In this document: one piece after another, positions 13,016-27,467 of the stretch
How positions within the stretch are numbered: position 1 is the stretch's first letter
Layout: each line of letters begins with the position of its first letter
Source: Hamiltosporidium tvaerminnensis FI-OER-3-3
Lineage: Eukaryota > Fungi > Microsporidia
Direction of reading: 5' to 3'
DNA: 64,000 nucleotides
Assembly (NCBI GenBank): GCA_022605425.2
Contig: CM061248.1
Location: 248,001-312,000 of the forward strand
Made by a program: the position numbers and the translations under genes
Notes under the pieces: model-generated
The model's input: only the letters and a program-made list of their open reading frames with translations
Told to the model about the DNA's origin: nothing
Database searches by the model: none

Positions 13016-14289
13016 TACTTGATATTTTATCGTAAAATTCTAGACTAAAATTTGAAAAATATTTTAACGTTTTTTATTAAAGTAATATTTGCTGGGTATA
13101 TTTTTGTTTAAATTTTTATGGATTTTTATGAGTTTAAGGAATACATTCTAATGGGGTGAATTGTCTACTTTGGTTTTTGTGTTTGTACGGATCTGTTGAG
13201 TCACAGCCTCATAGAATATATATAAATGAACAATACATACATACCTTGTTTTTCAAACTAATAATCATCTTTAATATTTATAGCCTCTGAGATATACAGT
13301 TACATTGCGAATCTATGAAAAATAAGGAGAATGAATTTTTATGTTTTGATGATTATTGGCAAAAAAAAAAGTCCGCACAAATAATAGCTTATGTAGAGAT
13401 AGGATTACTTTTTAGACGTGTTGGCTGTTATAAATATTTGTGAAAAATAGAACAAATAAAAATAGCATGAAATATTACATTTGAAGAAGTATACAACAAA
13501 TCTATATCAATATTCTAAACCACATATAACTGGAGATCAAATACAAAAAAATATTTTTTTTTGGATTTACTAACCTAAGATATCGCTATTAAATATCCTA
13601 TAGAAGTACTTCGACTTACTTGTTTAGTTTCCTAATTTAATTAGGGTTTAACTTGCTGGGTTATAAAGCATTTTAAACATCTCTTGAGTATGTAAATAAT
13701 ATTTAAATCTTTATAAAAATTTAATTTAAAAAAATACCTCAGAAATAAGTGCTGAGTAGTGTAAAGCACAATTTTTCTGTAATTTTTAAATTTCCCGACA
13801 AAAATCAAAGGTGTAACACCTGTAATATTTACCACTATCAGAGTCGAAAACATCAACAAACTTCCATTTTAGGCAAATTAAAAGGTTTCTTAGAAATAAA
13901 TATGGGTTTTGAAGAAGAATTCAAAAATAACAATAAATCTCAACATTCCAAATATACAACGAAATATAAAAGGAAACTTAGTTCAAAGTAATATAACGCT
14001 GGAAATATAAGCCTGTGTATTTTGATGGGACTGTTCAAGGTGACTCAAAAAAACCTTTGGCCAAGTAATAAAATAGTATTTGTTTGTATTTATTATAGAA
14101 ATAAACTTTGGGGAGCTAAGGAAAACGATCAAGGCTGCAATCGAGTAAAAATACAGCATAATGTCGAATGACTTTCTTTTAAAAATTTTTAGAAATTATC
14201 ATACCAAAGGACATAAAGAATTAATTATAAGTGTACATATTCTACCGCTAGATATGTATAAAGTTTAAGCGAAAAAATGATTTGGTACT

Positions 14290-14790
14290 TATAAATTCAA
14301 GAAACACGCAAATTAGGATGTAGAACTCAGAATGAACGCAGGATAAGAGCTATTTATAGTTTGATCCCATATATTTTCTTAGACAATAGTAAAAATCAAA
14401 TAACTCATATTGAAATAGGAATTACTCAATAAGATTCACTGGAAAATGTTTGAAACTAAAAATAAGAAAATATGATTATTTACAAAGGATTTAGATAAAA
14501 TTATATGTAAGGTATTGAGATAATTCCTTATAGGATACTCTTGGATAGTATTGTACCAATGTACCAAATGTGTATCTTGATAACAGTAAATACACATGAA
14601 TATACATCCATATATACAGTCGATGGATCAAAAATGGAATCGAACAATTCTTGCTTGAGTAAGAGGACCTAGGTCGGGAAAAAATGCGGAAGAGGGTTAG
14701 GAGAGATGACTAATGAGTGTCATACAAAGAGCTTGAATAGACACGAAAGTAATACTCTTATAAAACTAATTAAAGCTAGTGAAGGTATTG
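14290..14790 (+). mobile_element. Decayed RLE-domain fragment of the non-LTR family, plus orientation
   Basis: aatcaaataactcatattgaaataggaattactcaataagattcactg resembles NKITLIEVGITSQDSL of the intact element; the downstream part resembles EIIPY..TWD.IV. Confidence 0.7.
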
Positions 14791-17700
14791 TTAAACAAGT
14801 CAAACTAACAAATTTTCTTTTTGTTTTATACCGCTTAGGAAATTTGTCGGAACCCAAAAAAACCAAAGATTTACATTTATAGGATTAAAACAAAGTTGTT
14901 AACATCGTAAATAAAATATTTAAGAGAGAGAAAATTCCTTTATACTTCGAATTCTTAAAAATGATTGTTTCTGTGATGCAAATCAGGAATAGAAGTATAA
15001 TTTGACCTTCCTTGAGCCTATATCTTATAGGACGTTCGAATAATGAAAAAATATTTGCTTAGAAATTTAATAACAAAAGATACAATTTTAGATTTATACA
15101 TGAATTTTTTTATACTGAAAATGCGTTGAAGGCCATTTTTGAATGGAACAAGCTCCTCTTGAGTTTGATAGAGAAGTTTTTAGAATCTAGAAATATAGAA
15201 ATTTTAAGGAATATTAATTTAAAGATTAAGCATTTATTTTTGGAATATTAAATTATAAAGCTAAGAATTTATGAATCAAATAGTAAAAATTAAAAAAACT
15301 AATGTACAGATAAAATACATTTCTTACTTATTTAATGAAAATTTTAGTGAAGAATAAAAGCAAGTTTGTAAAATAAAAATAAATAGTTTATGAGTTTCAA
15401 AGCTTCTTGACTAAAAAAAAACTCTTTAAAACTTCATTCAAAGTTATATAAAGCACCAGAGTATAATTTAAGAAACTTGAATAGTTGGAGAAAAATCAAG
15501 ATAGAAATAGTAAATATGTAATAAATCTTAGTATGGTAGTGAAAAAGGAATTTTTGTGATTACTCTTAGATTCGACTAAATTAAAGTTTAGTTAATACGC
15601 ATGATAGGTTTTCGGGTTTAATGCCTTTTTCTCATGACAATTGGCATATATTATTTCTAGATTGGGTTTTTTTTAATTAAATTCCAAGATATAGAATATA
15701 ATTTTTTTATATTCGAATATCTAATCTGATCTTCGAAATCAAATCAGCGTTTAATATTTCTATATCAGGAATATAAAAATCTATATGAAGGTTAATAATT
15801 ATATAATTTTAGCATTCTAGTGTTTTATGTACTTTATTTCCAAATTATATAGAATTTGCAGACGTAGGACTGCATTCATCACAAAGTGTTGCGTCAGACA
15901 CTTTATTTTACAATTAAAAAATTATTTTATTAAAAATTCGAGTCGAATCTTAAGGAAAGATTTAAGAACGTATGTAATTTAAAATTCAGTATATGTGCTG
16001 ATCATAAGTATATATAGCATCAGACTAACTTGGTACATTAATAATAACAAGAATTACATTAAAAAAGATTTTGTTTAAATTTTTTAGAAATTTTAAATCA
16101 ATAAATCATTTGAAGTTATGTTTCTTCGAAATTTAAAAATCTTATCGAGAATTACCTTTATTATTTTTTTGGTGATTACTTCCATCAAGTTGTTTAAAAA
16201 CCAATTTTATAAAAAAAACCAAGTCTTGGCCAGGATTTAGGTTAATTTAAAAATTAACTTTAAAAGATGAGCAAACAGTTTTTTTAATAAAAAAAAGATT
16301 ATTTCATACAAAATTAAATAAGAGAAGATAACTTGTGCATTAAAATTTAACAGATAACTAAGATAAAAGTATAAGTGTAAAATATGTATGTACAGTTATA
16401 GATTTTTACCTGTATAAGATAAAGCTTGTAGATATGAAATTAGTAGCACAAAAATCCCGGGAATTTCTTGCCACTCTTTCGATTACGTGTTATAAGGATT
16501 TTCCATGATAAAGTGATCTTAAGCTAAATAATCTTACATGAGATCTTCTTTAATATAATTAAATATTGTTAAAATTTTAATAGAATACGTAATTCTTATA
16601 CATATCACATATAATAATATTGAAAATATCTAAAAAGTTTGTTAAATTGGCCTTAATTCTATAAATTAAATTTTTAGAAGATAATAATCCCGAGTTTTTT
16701 GACCTAATCTTTTATTCTTTTCGTGTTTATCACGATTTGGTATTTTTTAGAGAATCTAACATATAAAACTTCTAATAAAGAGTCATTTATTCAAAAATAA
16801 ATTTTAATTTTCAAGATCTTAGATTGGTTTTTTTATTACATCTATCATGTATGTTTTCCAGTGAAATGTTTTTACAAAAAAATTATATAATATATCGCTT
16901 GTTGAAGTATAAATTCTTCAAAATATTCAATTAAAATGTTAAATATTAAAAACCATAAGATACTTATTATTGGTCAATGATATTGGGTCTTGTTTAAACC
17001 TAATATATTAAGACAAAGGCTTGTGTGGATACCCTAAAGTGCTACTGTAACCAAATACCATAAAATATTACTACAAGAATCTTATATATTTATAGGATGA
17101 TAGGCATATGTTATTAATAGTACTCAAAAATACCTTTAAGCATTTTGCTCTCGGCAAAAATTCTTGAGACTCAAAATGAAAGCCGATAGAAGCGATCGAT
17201 AATTCTAAATTTTTCGACAAAAAGAACGATACTTGAATAACACAGAAGTCTATTAGATATACAGGCCGTGTAAGTAAATTTTTTTAGGATATAAAAAGAA
17301 GATTTTATTTATATTGAAGTATGAATAAAAAAACGATAATATAACTTATCGCTTATTTGCCACCTGCTTGCTTTAGCCAAATAAACGAGTAAAGGTAGAC
17401 ATCAAGCACTTAATCTACTATCTTGAATATTTGGATGTTTAAGAAACCGAATCAAAATTAAATAACCCAACATTTCGATAGATAATCTCAGTTCGAAATA
17501 TAAGATTGAAAGATCGTTTAGCACGTCTGAACTCTTTGAATCATAGCGCCGCGAAGTATATAAGTAATTACTTGATAAAATGATTGAAAATACTTTAATA
17601 TGTGGAATTATAAAAATGTGTTAAATTAAATGCGAAGAGAAAAGATAAAGCAAGAATAAAGAGAAAAATGACTTAATATTAGATACAGTTTTTTCTTTAA

Positions 17701-18032
17701 TTGTACTATGCATTAAAATGGCACAGGTTTATGTCGTACATAGTTTGAAAAAAATGAATTTTTAAATTAAATTTATGAATTTTTTTTTCATAGTCTAAAA
17801 TAATTATTAAATATCAAAGTCGAAATTTTTTGTATGATAAATGGTATCTTTGATATAAAAAAATATTTTAGTGAAATATCTATTAAATTACATTGATTTT
17901 CTATTAAAAGAGTTTTTTGTGAGATTTAATTTGAAAAAAAAATCAATTTATGTCAAAATATAATATAGTTTTTTTTTAATTTATCCTTTTTATTTAATTT
18001 GCAGTATTTAATCGAATTTGGAATTTATTCCC

Positions 18033-19715
18033 ATGTATTTTAAATTTTTTTTTGCAAAGAATAGTTTCTTATCGCGATTTCTTTTACTTCATATGTGTAA
18101 GTCCTGTAGAAAAACACCAAACGAATTTTATCCTCGTTCAAATAACGATACATATAATAATGTTCAAGGTTACATTTTACAAAGTAGATATGATGACAAT
18201 GAAGTTATTTATGGGGCAAATATCTATGGTACTCTCTACCAAGCTACTTCTTCCATGAGTAATTCGGAAACAGAAAATATATATTATCCAGTAATTACGA
18301 ATCCAACAGCTTTACATAGCCAACCTCAAACATTATATTTTAATCCCCAGACACCAGGTACATTATTTACATCCGGGTTGAGAGAATACCAAGATAACTT
18401 TTATAAAAACAGACAACTGAACCAAACACAGGGGGATTTTGTTATAAACTCTTGTGATTCCCATTCCCGTCAACTCAATACATCAAATTTTGATTCTGAT
18501 ATAGCATCTTCTCATGATAGTATCTCCCGTGCAGATAACCGAGTAGATGACAGCCATATACACTGTTTTCCTAATAATACACAAGGAGAAACTCTTTTTT
18601 ATTTTCGATTCAACACTCTTTTGGCGGCAATTTTAAATTACCAAAAAGGAAATATAATCCCGGATATTTCAATAATTTGGAAACATGACTATTATTTAAA
18701 TGATATTCTTATTTCAAATCGTTTAGAAATGTATCTAAATGTTTTTAAAAAATTGATTGAGATAGAGAGAAACATCTTAGAATTTTATCCGTATGAAAAT
18801 CAAGAATTAAAGCAGATTTTATTTGAATATGAAAATCGAATCGAGTTTTTAAAATTTAATTCAAATCTTACTCCTACTATTCCTATGCTCATTTCTCTAA
18901 AAAGATTTGTTGAAAATCAAACATATTCTGACGAATCAAATCTAAAAAACCATATTGCTGCTTTTTTTGGCTTAAAATTGATCCGAAGCGTTATGGTTGA
19001 AACACATCGACAGACTTTGAGTATTTTAATTGATGCTAAAACCAATAGTCTAATTGACGCAGATGAGAAGATCGATTCGCTTTTGAAAGATTCACACGAC
19101 GTAATTTTGAAAATAATTTCTACAATTTTTTTTTCCGCGTTTCAGTTCACGAAAAATTTTCAATATGTTTTTTCTTTGAGTATAGATTTGATGAAAAGAA
19201 GGTTTTCAGTTGTTTTTGACGATGGAAAAAATGTTCTCGGGGAAAATGATTTATCGTTCCTACCCGACATATTTTTTTATTTACAAGAATCTGATATTAT
19301 AGAGATCATTAATTCATATGAGCGAAAAAATAGAGAATTTTATATATCATCTGCTATCTATACAACCTTTTCGACTGATTGTTCAATTCGAAATGAGTCT
19401 TTTTTAAGCAATGAGTTAATTTTAAAAATAATTGGCTATTATTTTATGATTTTTGATGATCCTAAAATCGAATTCTTGAAACCACTTCAGTCTGCTTTTA
19501 TCATTAAATACCAATACATGTCTCTAAAGGAAGCTTTTAGTCAAATGAAAAATGAATCTTTTTTTTGTGATGACTGTTATAGAATTCTTTTACGTAGACT
19601 TTTTTGTGATACTTATTATTTCTTTCATTTTTGTAACGAGTATCGTCATAATCCTGGTATTCTATCTAAAAGTTTCAATAAGAAAGTATCCAGGAGATTT
19701 TTAGATTATTATTAA
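18033..19715 (+). CDS. Lineage-specific hypothetical protein, probably secreted; low-complexity N-half and helical C-half
   Basis: Intact ~560-aa ORF; ATG at 18033 preceded by CCC; weak signal-like segment ending FLLLHMCKS; pseudogenised paralog 6.6 kb upstream. Confidence 0.8.
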   Translation: MYFKFFFAKNSFLSRFLLLHMCKSCRKTPNEFYPRSNNDTYNNVQGYILQSRYDDNEVIYGANIYGTLYQATSSMSNSETENIYYPVITNPTALHSQPQTLYFNPQTPGTLFTSGLREYQDNFYKNRQLNQTQGDFVINSCDSHSRQLNTSNFDSDIASSHDSISRADNRVDDSHIHCFPNNTQGETLFYFRFNTLLAAILNYQKGNIIPDISIIWKHDYYLNDILISNRLEMYLNVFKKLIEIERNILEFYPYENQELKQILFEYENRIEFLKFNSNLTPTIPMLISLKRFVENQTYSDESNLKNHIAAFFGLKLIRSVMVETHRQTLSILIDAKTNSLIDADEKIDSLLKDSHDVILKIISTIFFSAFQFTKNFQYVFSLSIDLMKRRFSVVFDDGKNVLGENDLSFLPDIFFYLQESDIIEIINSYERKNREFYISSAIYTTFSTDCSIRNESFLSNELILKIIGYYFMIFDDPKIEFLKPLQSAFIIKYQYMSLKEAFSQMKNESFFCDDCYRILLRRLFCDTYYFFHFCNEYRHNPGILSKSFNKKVSRRFLDYY

Positions 19716-22700
19716 AAAATAATTGGTTTCTAATTCTCTTTGTTTCTTATATTTTCTTTAAACTGGTTAATATTTTACTTAAATAAATTTTTATATCTTA
19801 TCTAAAGTAAAATTTATTTGAATTCTAGAATCGAAGTTTATAATGTACAAAAATATGATAAATGAATAAGTCAAATTTCTTATTTTATCTATAACTTACT
19901 ATAGTTTCGTTGTAACTTCACAGGTCAAATGTATAACTGTAAAATACTATTGGTAAGTATTTAAACTTTTTGCTTGATTAGCCTTTTTTATCTTTCTTTT
20001 ATTTTATAGAAACCGTTAAAAATATCTAAATATAGATTAAGAAATCCTAATTTTAGGATTTTAAAGAGAAAATCGGAACTTAAATTGCAGAAAATGACGA
20101 AGCTTCGTCCTCCATCCCTTCATATTTGTCCATACTCTCCTCTTTTAAAAATTTAAGTAACTAATATAAACTTTTTTACATCTTTAGTTTCTAAAAATAG
20201 GTATTAGAAAAATATAATCGTAAAATAAAATATTTTTGTTTTTGAAAAAAGTTCTCATATTATTTCTTTAAAAGATTTAGATTTCTATTTACCGTCTTTT
20301 TTGGTTCAATCCAGAATAATCATCGTTAAAATATTTAAAGATAGCCTAATTACTATCCTAGAAAAAAAGTTATTGTTTTAGTCTTTTTAGTATACGAAAG
20401 TGGCATCAACTTGTTTTAAATCAAGGAACAAATTTTAGGTTTGTAAGTAATTATTCTTAATTTTATGACGGTAATTAGCTAACTAAGCAGCTAAAATAAG
20501 CAAAAACCTTAGAAAAATGTAGATTTTTTTTTAATAAATCTCGCTACTGGTTGATCATGAAATAATTCTTTCGCCTTAAATACATGTCTAGACATATTTT
20601 TAGTCAGTCAATTTTATTGGTTTGTAAAATCTGAGTAAATAATGAATAAAATTGTATATAATTTACATCATATAATACTCGATTTGTGTTGTTCGGGCTT
20701 CATATTAATCTCTTGTTAAAGTAATTATATTTAAAAATTTAATTGGTACTTAGTCTATCACTTTAAACATCTTATATTTTATTGATATATAATATTATTG
20801 AGTGTAAAAATTCGGGTTAGAACGGGCAATTTTGATATCTCACTCGAAAGAGTTTATATGATATTTGATCTGCCTGATTTATTCGCCCATAATTTTAGAA
20901 TAGCAAGTTTATAAATACATTCTTGTATTTTGGAAAGTTACCTGAATCCTTAATTGCTTTCAATGAACACTAGACGTTCTCAAAAAGCTGTTTTCGCATC
21001 AAAAATTTTTATAATACAATATAAAATTATATTTTACAATTAATATGACGTATTTGTTTTCGTTTTCATTTACAAATAAATTTTTCCAACCACAAACAAC
21101 TTCTTAGAATTATATCAACTCTAGTTTTAGTTTCATGTTTTTTATTGGGTATGTAAGTCAATCTTATTATTTTTCCAGAGTTTTTTTTCCTTTGGTAATT
21201 CAAAATAGTTTGAAAAGTGTTAAGGAGTGATATTGTTGTCAGAGAATATATTTTACAACCTCGTAATAAATTTTCACATGTGTTCTTTATGATATTCCAT
21301 CGAAATATATCGGAACACAGGGTTATTATATCTTAAATTCTTAATTAAGCTCAATAAATATTCTCTTGGCAACTTATTACTAATAATTGCAAATTCAATA
21401 TAGCTTCTAATTTTTAGTTTAGATAGAGGGCTATTATCAAACTACACCAACTCTTGGGTTCCATAGTAAAATTCTTACTTATAAATTTGTAGTTTACAAA
21501 TTCTAACTTATTTAATGTATAGATGTTCTATTTTTTTTATATTTTTCCAAAATCGTAGGTTTTACCTTTGGATATATTCAACCGGCTGGTTTAAAATATA
21601 TTTTTTTGATAAATTGCCGCTTTAAATGCGCTTAAATACCCGAAATTTAGGTAAATAATTTATATTCTTATCTTTAAAATATAATACCCAAATGTTTATC
21701 TAGTTCAATTTTCTTTATTTTAATAGTATGTAATATATAAGATGGAGACTATACACGCACTTGATATCCCGAACTAATAACCTTAATATAAAACAAAATA
21801 TTCTTTATTTTCTATGCACACATCTGATTTTTTATAATACCTATTATCATTATAAATACTTCTATTTCCATCCCCGGTGCCCTATTCATCTTCTCTTTAT
21901 TTAATACATCTTCGAGTATTCATTCCTTCTGGTTATTTCTTATACTTTATTACAGATCCATTTTTGTATGACAAAAATAAAGAACTGAATAGTAAAATTA
22001 TTTCCAATAGTTTTACTTGTTTCTTTTCTACTTTGTTTTGCAGTTTTCTTTATATTATTTTTTACATGTTTGCAGGCAAAAAATGATATTTTAAACTTCT
22101 AGATGACAGCATTCGACATAGAATTTAGAATATAGATTTATTACAAGTAGTTTATTCTGGTTTTTCTTTTTCTTTTTAAATTTTACTTTAGACGCAAAAA
22201 TGAATCTAAATGACTCAAAACCTCAGCAGTGTAAATTGTAAAAACAGCAAATGAGATTCTAAAAATATAATAAAAAGCTTTTTAGTATCTATTATTTCGT
22301 AGATTGCGGGGATAATGTGATCAAAATGGCTTATTTTTCTGTTATTTCAATTCATTAGCACTTAAACAAAATTTGTATTGTTTAGGCGGTAAAAGCTAAC
22401 AAGACTTCGGAATCAGTAAAAAGATGCTTTGGAATTATTTTTAATATTTTTTTCCAAAAGAAATCCGATCTGATAACAAGAGGTGTTTAAAATGTTCTTG
22501 TTGCAACGTTTTTGAATGACTTCAGTATCTGATTTATAAATAGAAAACCATGCACTCAAAAGCGCAAAACGACATTAAATGTGTTAATCAAACTATAAAA
22601 ATATGGCTGGTAAAGAAATTGAACTGAAAATGTGCGAGAAAGGGAATATAGCAGCTTTAAGATATTGTCTAGATATATAACAAATATTTAAGGTAAAAAA

Positions 22701-25433
22701 TAGTTCTTAGGTTATGCTTTGTTTCGAAAAATCGAGTTATAATAATCTACTTTCGGAAAGCATTTTGATCAAAGCAGAAGCTAGTATATTCTTACATGCT
22801 GTCCGAGTAAGTGGCGTTAGGCTTTTACATAAGTCATTATGAGGGAGATACATACTATGGCTTATATATTGCTTCGGATGTATTTGTAGAGACAATTTAT
22901 GTTGAATACTATAATGAGTAGTGCCAGAAAAGATGGTGAAATTTTAGAGAGATAATCGTTTTCTAAATTTTTAAAAAATAATTTCAGAGTATCTAAGTTT
23001 AAAAATTAATCCGAGAGATTTTGTATGGAATAAAAGGTTTTACAAAAAAGACTTGACATGATCTAAAACAACAGAATATGTTTTAACCATTTTTATAATA
23101 ATTCTGTTTTCACAGTTACAGCCATTTTAATCAACTAAATTATTAAGCTAAAAAACAGTGAAGGTAACATATTAAGTGTTCAGAGGCTTAATAAAACGCG
23201 TGTGATTTAACTTTGTTTTCATTTCTTTATTTTTTTTGCATTTTTTACTTTTTAAATGTTAATAGACATGATTTTACCTAAATTCTATGGCAAATATGTG
23301 AACCGCTTAGGTATTATGTGTTTTTTTGTGTAAAAACTCTATTAAATTTACACGAAACCCAATCTCTTTTTAATGTCTCGAGGTACAAAAGTGGACGAGT
23401 AGGAATATCCGAACGTATAAGATATAGCGATTTATGAAGGATTTGAAAAAATATTACATATAAAGAAAGTTTATAAAAATAACATGAATTCTACTTGAAA
23501 TGGAATTCTTATTACATTGTGTTGTTTACTTACACAAACAGATATAAATTTGATGTACAGAATTAATTAAGAATCATTAATTTGAGAAATTCAAAGAAAT
23601 AAGCATGCAGAAATAAAAATGTATATCAGTTTTTATTCTGATGCCTAAATTCGTAACAATAGTACTGATATAATGATTTTAGATATGTATAAATAACATA
23701 ACATTTATTCAGGTAGATATGTCTTTCCAAGACATATTTTAATTCGTTGATTTTGAAAAATCAGGAAGTATGACTTATAACCACAGTTTAGATGTTTTTT
23801 TGTTAAATCTGTTCGTAGAATATTTTATACGATAGCCAGAATTAGCATTACGACGGAACGCTTTATCATTTATATAAAACCACTGTAAATATTCCTGAAT
23901 TAAAAGCATATGTTCAGACAAAGATGCTAAAAATTTGATTGAAACAATCATTGATTGACAAATAGGACTTTATTCAGACCGAATGTGAAAATTAACGGCA
24001 TGGTTCTTTATCTAGTATTATAGAAATCCTCAGGATGCTCGATGAACTGATATCTTCTTTAAAATCATTCGTTAATCAAAAATGTTGTCAAACAAGTATA
24101 AATTAAGAGATTAGTATAACCTGTTTCGCTTAGCTACTTTAGAAGAACAAAAAATTACCAAAAATGAAGAGTCAGTTTTAAGAGATAAAATAAAGTCTAC
24201 AAGAGGCAGTAAATTTATAAAACAAGGCGTAGATAGTTTATAATAAAAAATTAGCGTATATAATCTCACAGTTAAATTTTTATTTTATTTAAATATTTTT
24301 GAAAAATCTGATCGTAGGTATATATTTATAATATTTGAATAGAAAAAAAATATTTTCTGACTAAACGTAGTATAATATTCTACCTTCCGTGTCAAAAACC
24401 TTGCAACGCTGTAAAAAATTAACATTATTTCGGGCCAAAGCTTGAATCTCTGCAAATTATAAATTTTCCATTACTTTTTTCTATCAGAATATAATTTATA
24501 TATTCTCGTTTTGGTAAATATTTTTACTAAAAAATTATGTGATTTTTTATTTTTATTCTATTCTGTTCCTTATGTTTTATACTCTCATTTCAGTTTTCTT
24601 TGGTATTATTTAATGTTGAATAACATAAATTAAGATAAACGGATCTCAATTAAAAGTATAAAAAATTTAAAGATTTCTTAAAGCGTTTAAGCTAAGCTAA
24701 TTAACATTACTTGGGCCTTATTATTTTTTTTTATAACCTTTTCTATTTCTAGATATAAAATATAAAATACAGCTGTACAATAAAACATTAAAAACCTCGA
24801 AGTAAGATGTAAAAATAGGAATGGATAGAAACCAAATTAATATCAAAAGTAATCTGTTTTATTGGATATTTATATTTTAAAACTCAATTTTTCTCTTTTT
24901 TGTTTTTTTTTTCATTTGTATATTTTATTTTTTTGATCCATTTTTGGTTTAAAATTTTAGTTTCTATTAAAATACTTTATTTCGCGCGCAGTGGTCATTT
25001 TTTGGGGAACGGTTATTTTTCTTCAAACACTATATTCTTTAGCAGTTGAGATGATTTGCTAGATTCTACTTAAGGCCGGGAATAAAACTCAGCGAAATAA
25101 ATGGAGTTCGTTTAAAAATATGACAATAATTATAGATTTGATTTTGAAGACACCCAAAACTGTATAATTAGCAAGTTTTTCTATTTTATATATGCCAACA
25201 CTCGTCTAAATTGGTCTTTTTAAGAATTGTGAATTGAAGATCATAGAGACTCATGTTAATGACAAATATAAAATAGAAAACTGCGAACATAAAATAAAAA
25301 CTTTTGATTTTGCTTGATTATTGTAAATCCAAATCTCATAACAAAAGCCTTGCTTGCTATTGTTTAAACCCATCATTATATTTAGTCTTAAAGATATTTC
25401 TTTTATCTAATATTCTTAGATGCATACTTAGCT

Positions 25434-25574
25434 ATGTTTAATATGTTTAATATGTTTAATATGTTTAATATGTTTAATATGTTTAATATGTTTAATATGT
25501 TTAATATGTTTAATATGTTTAATATGTTTAATATGTTTAATATGTTTAATATGTTTAATATGTTTAATATGTTT
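25434..25574. repeat. Perfect 9-bp tandem repeat (ATGTTTAAT) x ~15.7
   Basis: Directly visible; explains the spurious MFN/KHI ORFs. Confidence 0.97.
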
Positions 25575-26719
25575 GGAGAAAATTACACAAATATTCAAGT
25601 AAACAATATACAAGCATTTCGAAAAGAACAGTTTCGAATTTTGATGTTTTCCCTCTTATTGTTTGTAAACTGATGGATTGTAGTAAGTACTTAACTTTAA
25701 ACCACCAACCATTTAAAGAGAAATATCTAAAATCTCCTATATTCAATTGGCAGAAGCTTTTAATACCCGACTTTTTGTTAAACCAGTTGAAAAACAGCTA
25801 ACGAAAAAGATATTACATTTTAGGTATGACTAAGGATAGCGATGTACATCAAAAATATAAAATATTGAAAATAGTTTATTCTATCCTTTTCTAATTGATA
25901 TAAAACCAAAATAAAAAGTGTAATTCCTATATTGAAACATATATGATATACAAACAGCTAGTTTTGCAAACTGTTCATATAATCTAATAAATACATCATA
26001 GGATTCGCTTCAAATATATAAATAAACAGTAGAGATAACTCATTGGTCTATATGACACAATGTATAAACATATTATATCGTAAAGTACGCGAAATCAATA
26101 GAGCATAACAATAATTCTAATGAGATAATTACTAAATCCTTCAATATTTAGGATGTTCAATTAGAAATCGAATTCGTATAACACAAAGGCATTTAGTATG
26201 AATCAAAATAAACACTTTCAATACTTCTAAAATAATATTTGTGGTCATCTGAACTCTTAAATTGATTGTTATTTTTTTGATATTAAACCTCGTTTTGAAC
26301 TATTTTGCTGTTTCTGAATATCAAATGTAGTATAATTTTGCGCAAATTGGCTCCCGGAACATAACAAAATGCGTACGTTTTTCATAAATAGAATTAAAAT
26401 GTGTTGATGGCGACACACAATTGAATATAATTAGATTGTAAGTGCTTTTTTAAAAATTTCGTTCCAAACCTCAATTTTTTTTATCGAATCGAAGTATTTA
26501 TTTCTGAAAGTTTTACTTGAAATATGAGTATAATGTTTTTTTAATTTATAAAAATAATAATTGTAAAATCCTATAAGTTAGATGTTGATATAGAACTGGG
26601 TTAATGTCATAAAAACAGAAATAACTTATGCCACTGTTTTAAAAAGATGTGATATTTTTCGATAAAAATATTATTTAGTAAATGCTGCAAAATATTTTAT
26701 ACTCTGTTTATTTTATACT

Positions 26720-27467
26720 CTGTTATTTTATATTCTCTTTATTTATATTTAAAGATTATTAGGAATAAATAAAACCAAAACGAAAGCAATGATTATATTT
26801 AAGAAGTACACATAGCACTCAATTGGACTAGACGAAGTCTTTTTAAAACAAGTAGAAGAGTTTAAATACCTTGGAACAACTCTGAGAATCGATGGAAGAC
26901 CTGATAAAGATCTTAACGCCAGGAATATCAGCCACCGGAAGACCATATGGAGCAATTAGTAAAGCTTTTTAGGTAAGAAAGTAATATCTACTAAAACCAA
27001 GATGGCTGTATACTCCTCAATTTATGTTCCTACTTTTACATATGGTTGAGAATCATAGGCACTCTCATTAAGCAGGTGTAGCAGAATACAAGCTACTGAA
27101 ATAGTATTTCTAAGGCGTATATTAGGGAAAAATAGAAGAGACCTAATCAGAAATTAGACAATTGTGCAGTTTCTTCAAACGAATCATTATCAGAGAAAAT
27201 AGATAAACAAAAATTGCCTTGGTACGAAAATATTAGCAGAATTGAAAATGAATGAATTTTTAAACGAACATATGAAGCAAGATGCGAGGGAAAATGACTA
27301 AGAGGGAGACAAGGGCTTAAATTCTTTGACTCATCGGAACTGGCCTTCCAGGAAAAAGAAATAGACTCGGAAAATGCTAAGGCATTGACCAGCGACAGGA
27401 TATGTTCGCGTTCGATTTGTTTATCAGTGACACCCAGATGTACAAGAGTACTTGAATAAATAAATAA
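26720..27467 (+). mobile_element. 5'-truncated, decayed RTE-clade LINE (RT C-terminal region and TAAA tail)
   Basis: Translates to LKQVEEFKYLGTTL, KTKMAVYSSIYVPTFTYG*ES, IQATEIVFLRRILGKNRRDLIRN; ends aataaataaataa; candidate 12-bp TSD ttattttatact at 26708-26719 and 27468-27479. Confidence 0.8.

Noticed and set aside
19800-25400. Long ORF-less region with faint coding-like patches
   Set aside because: Probably old TE or gene relics, but I could not identify any motif with confidence.
25428-25746. ORFs made of MFN/KHI repeats
   Set aside because: Artefacts of a stop-free 9-bp tandem repeat.
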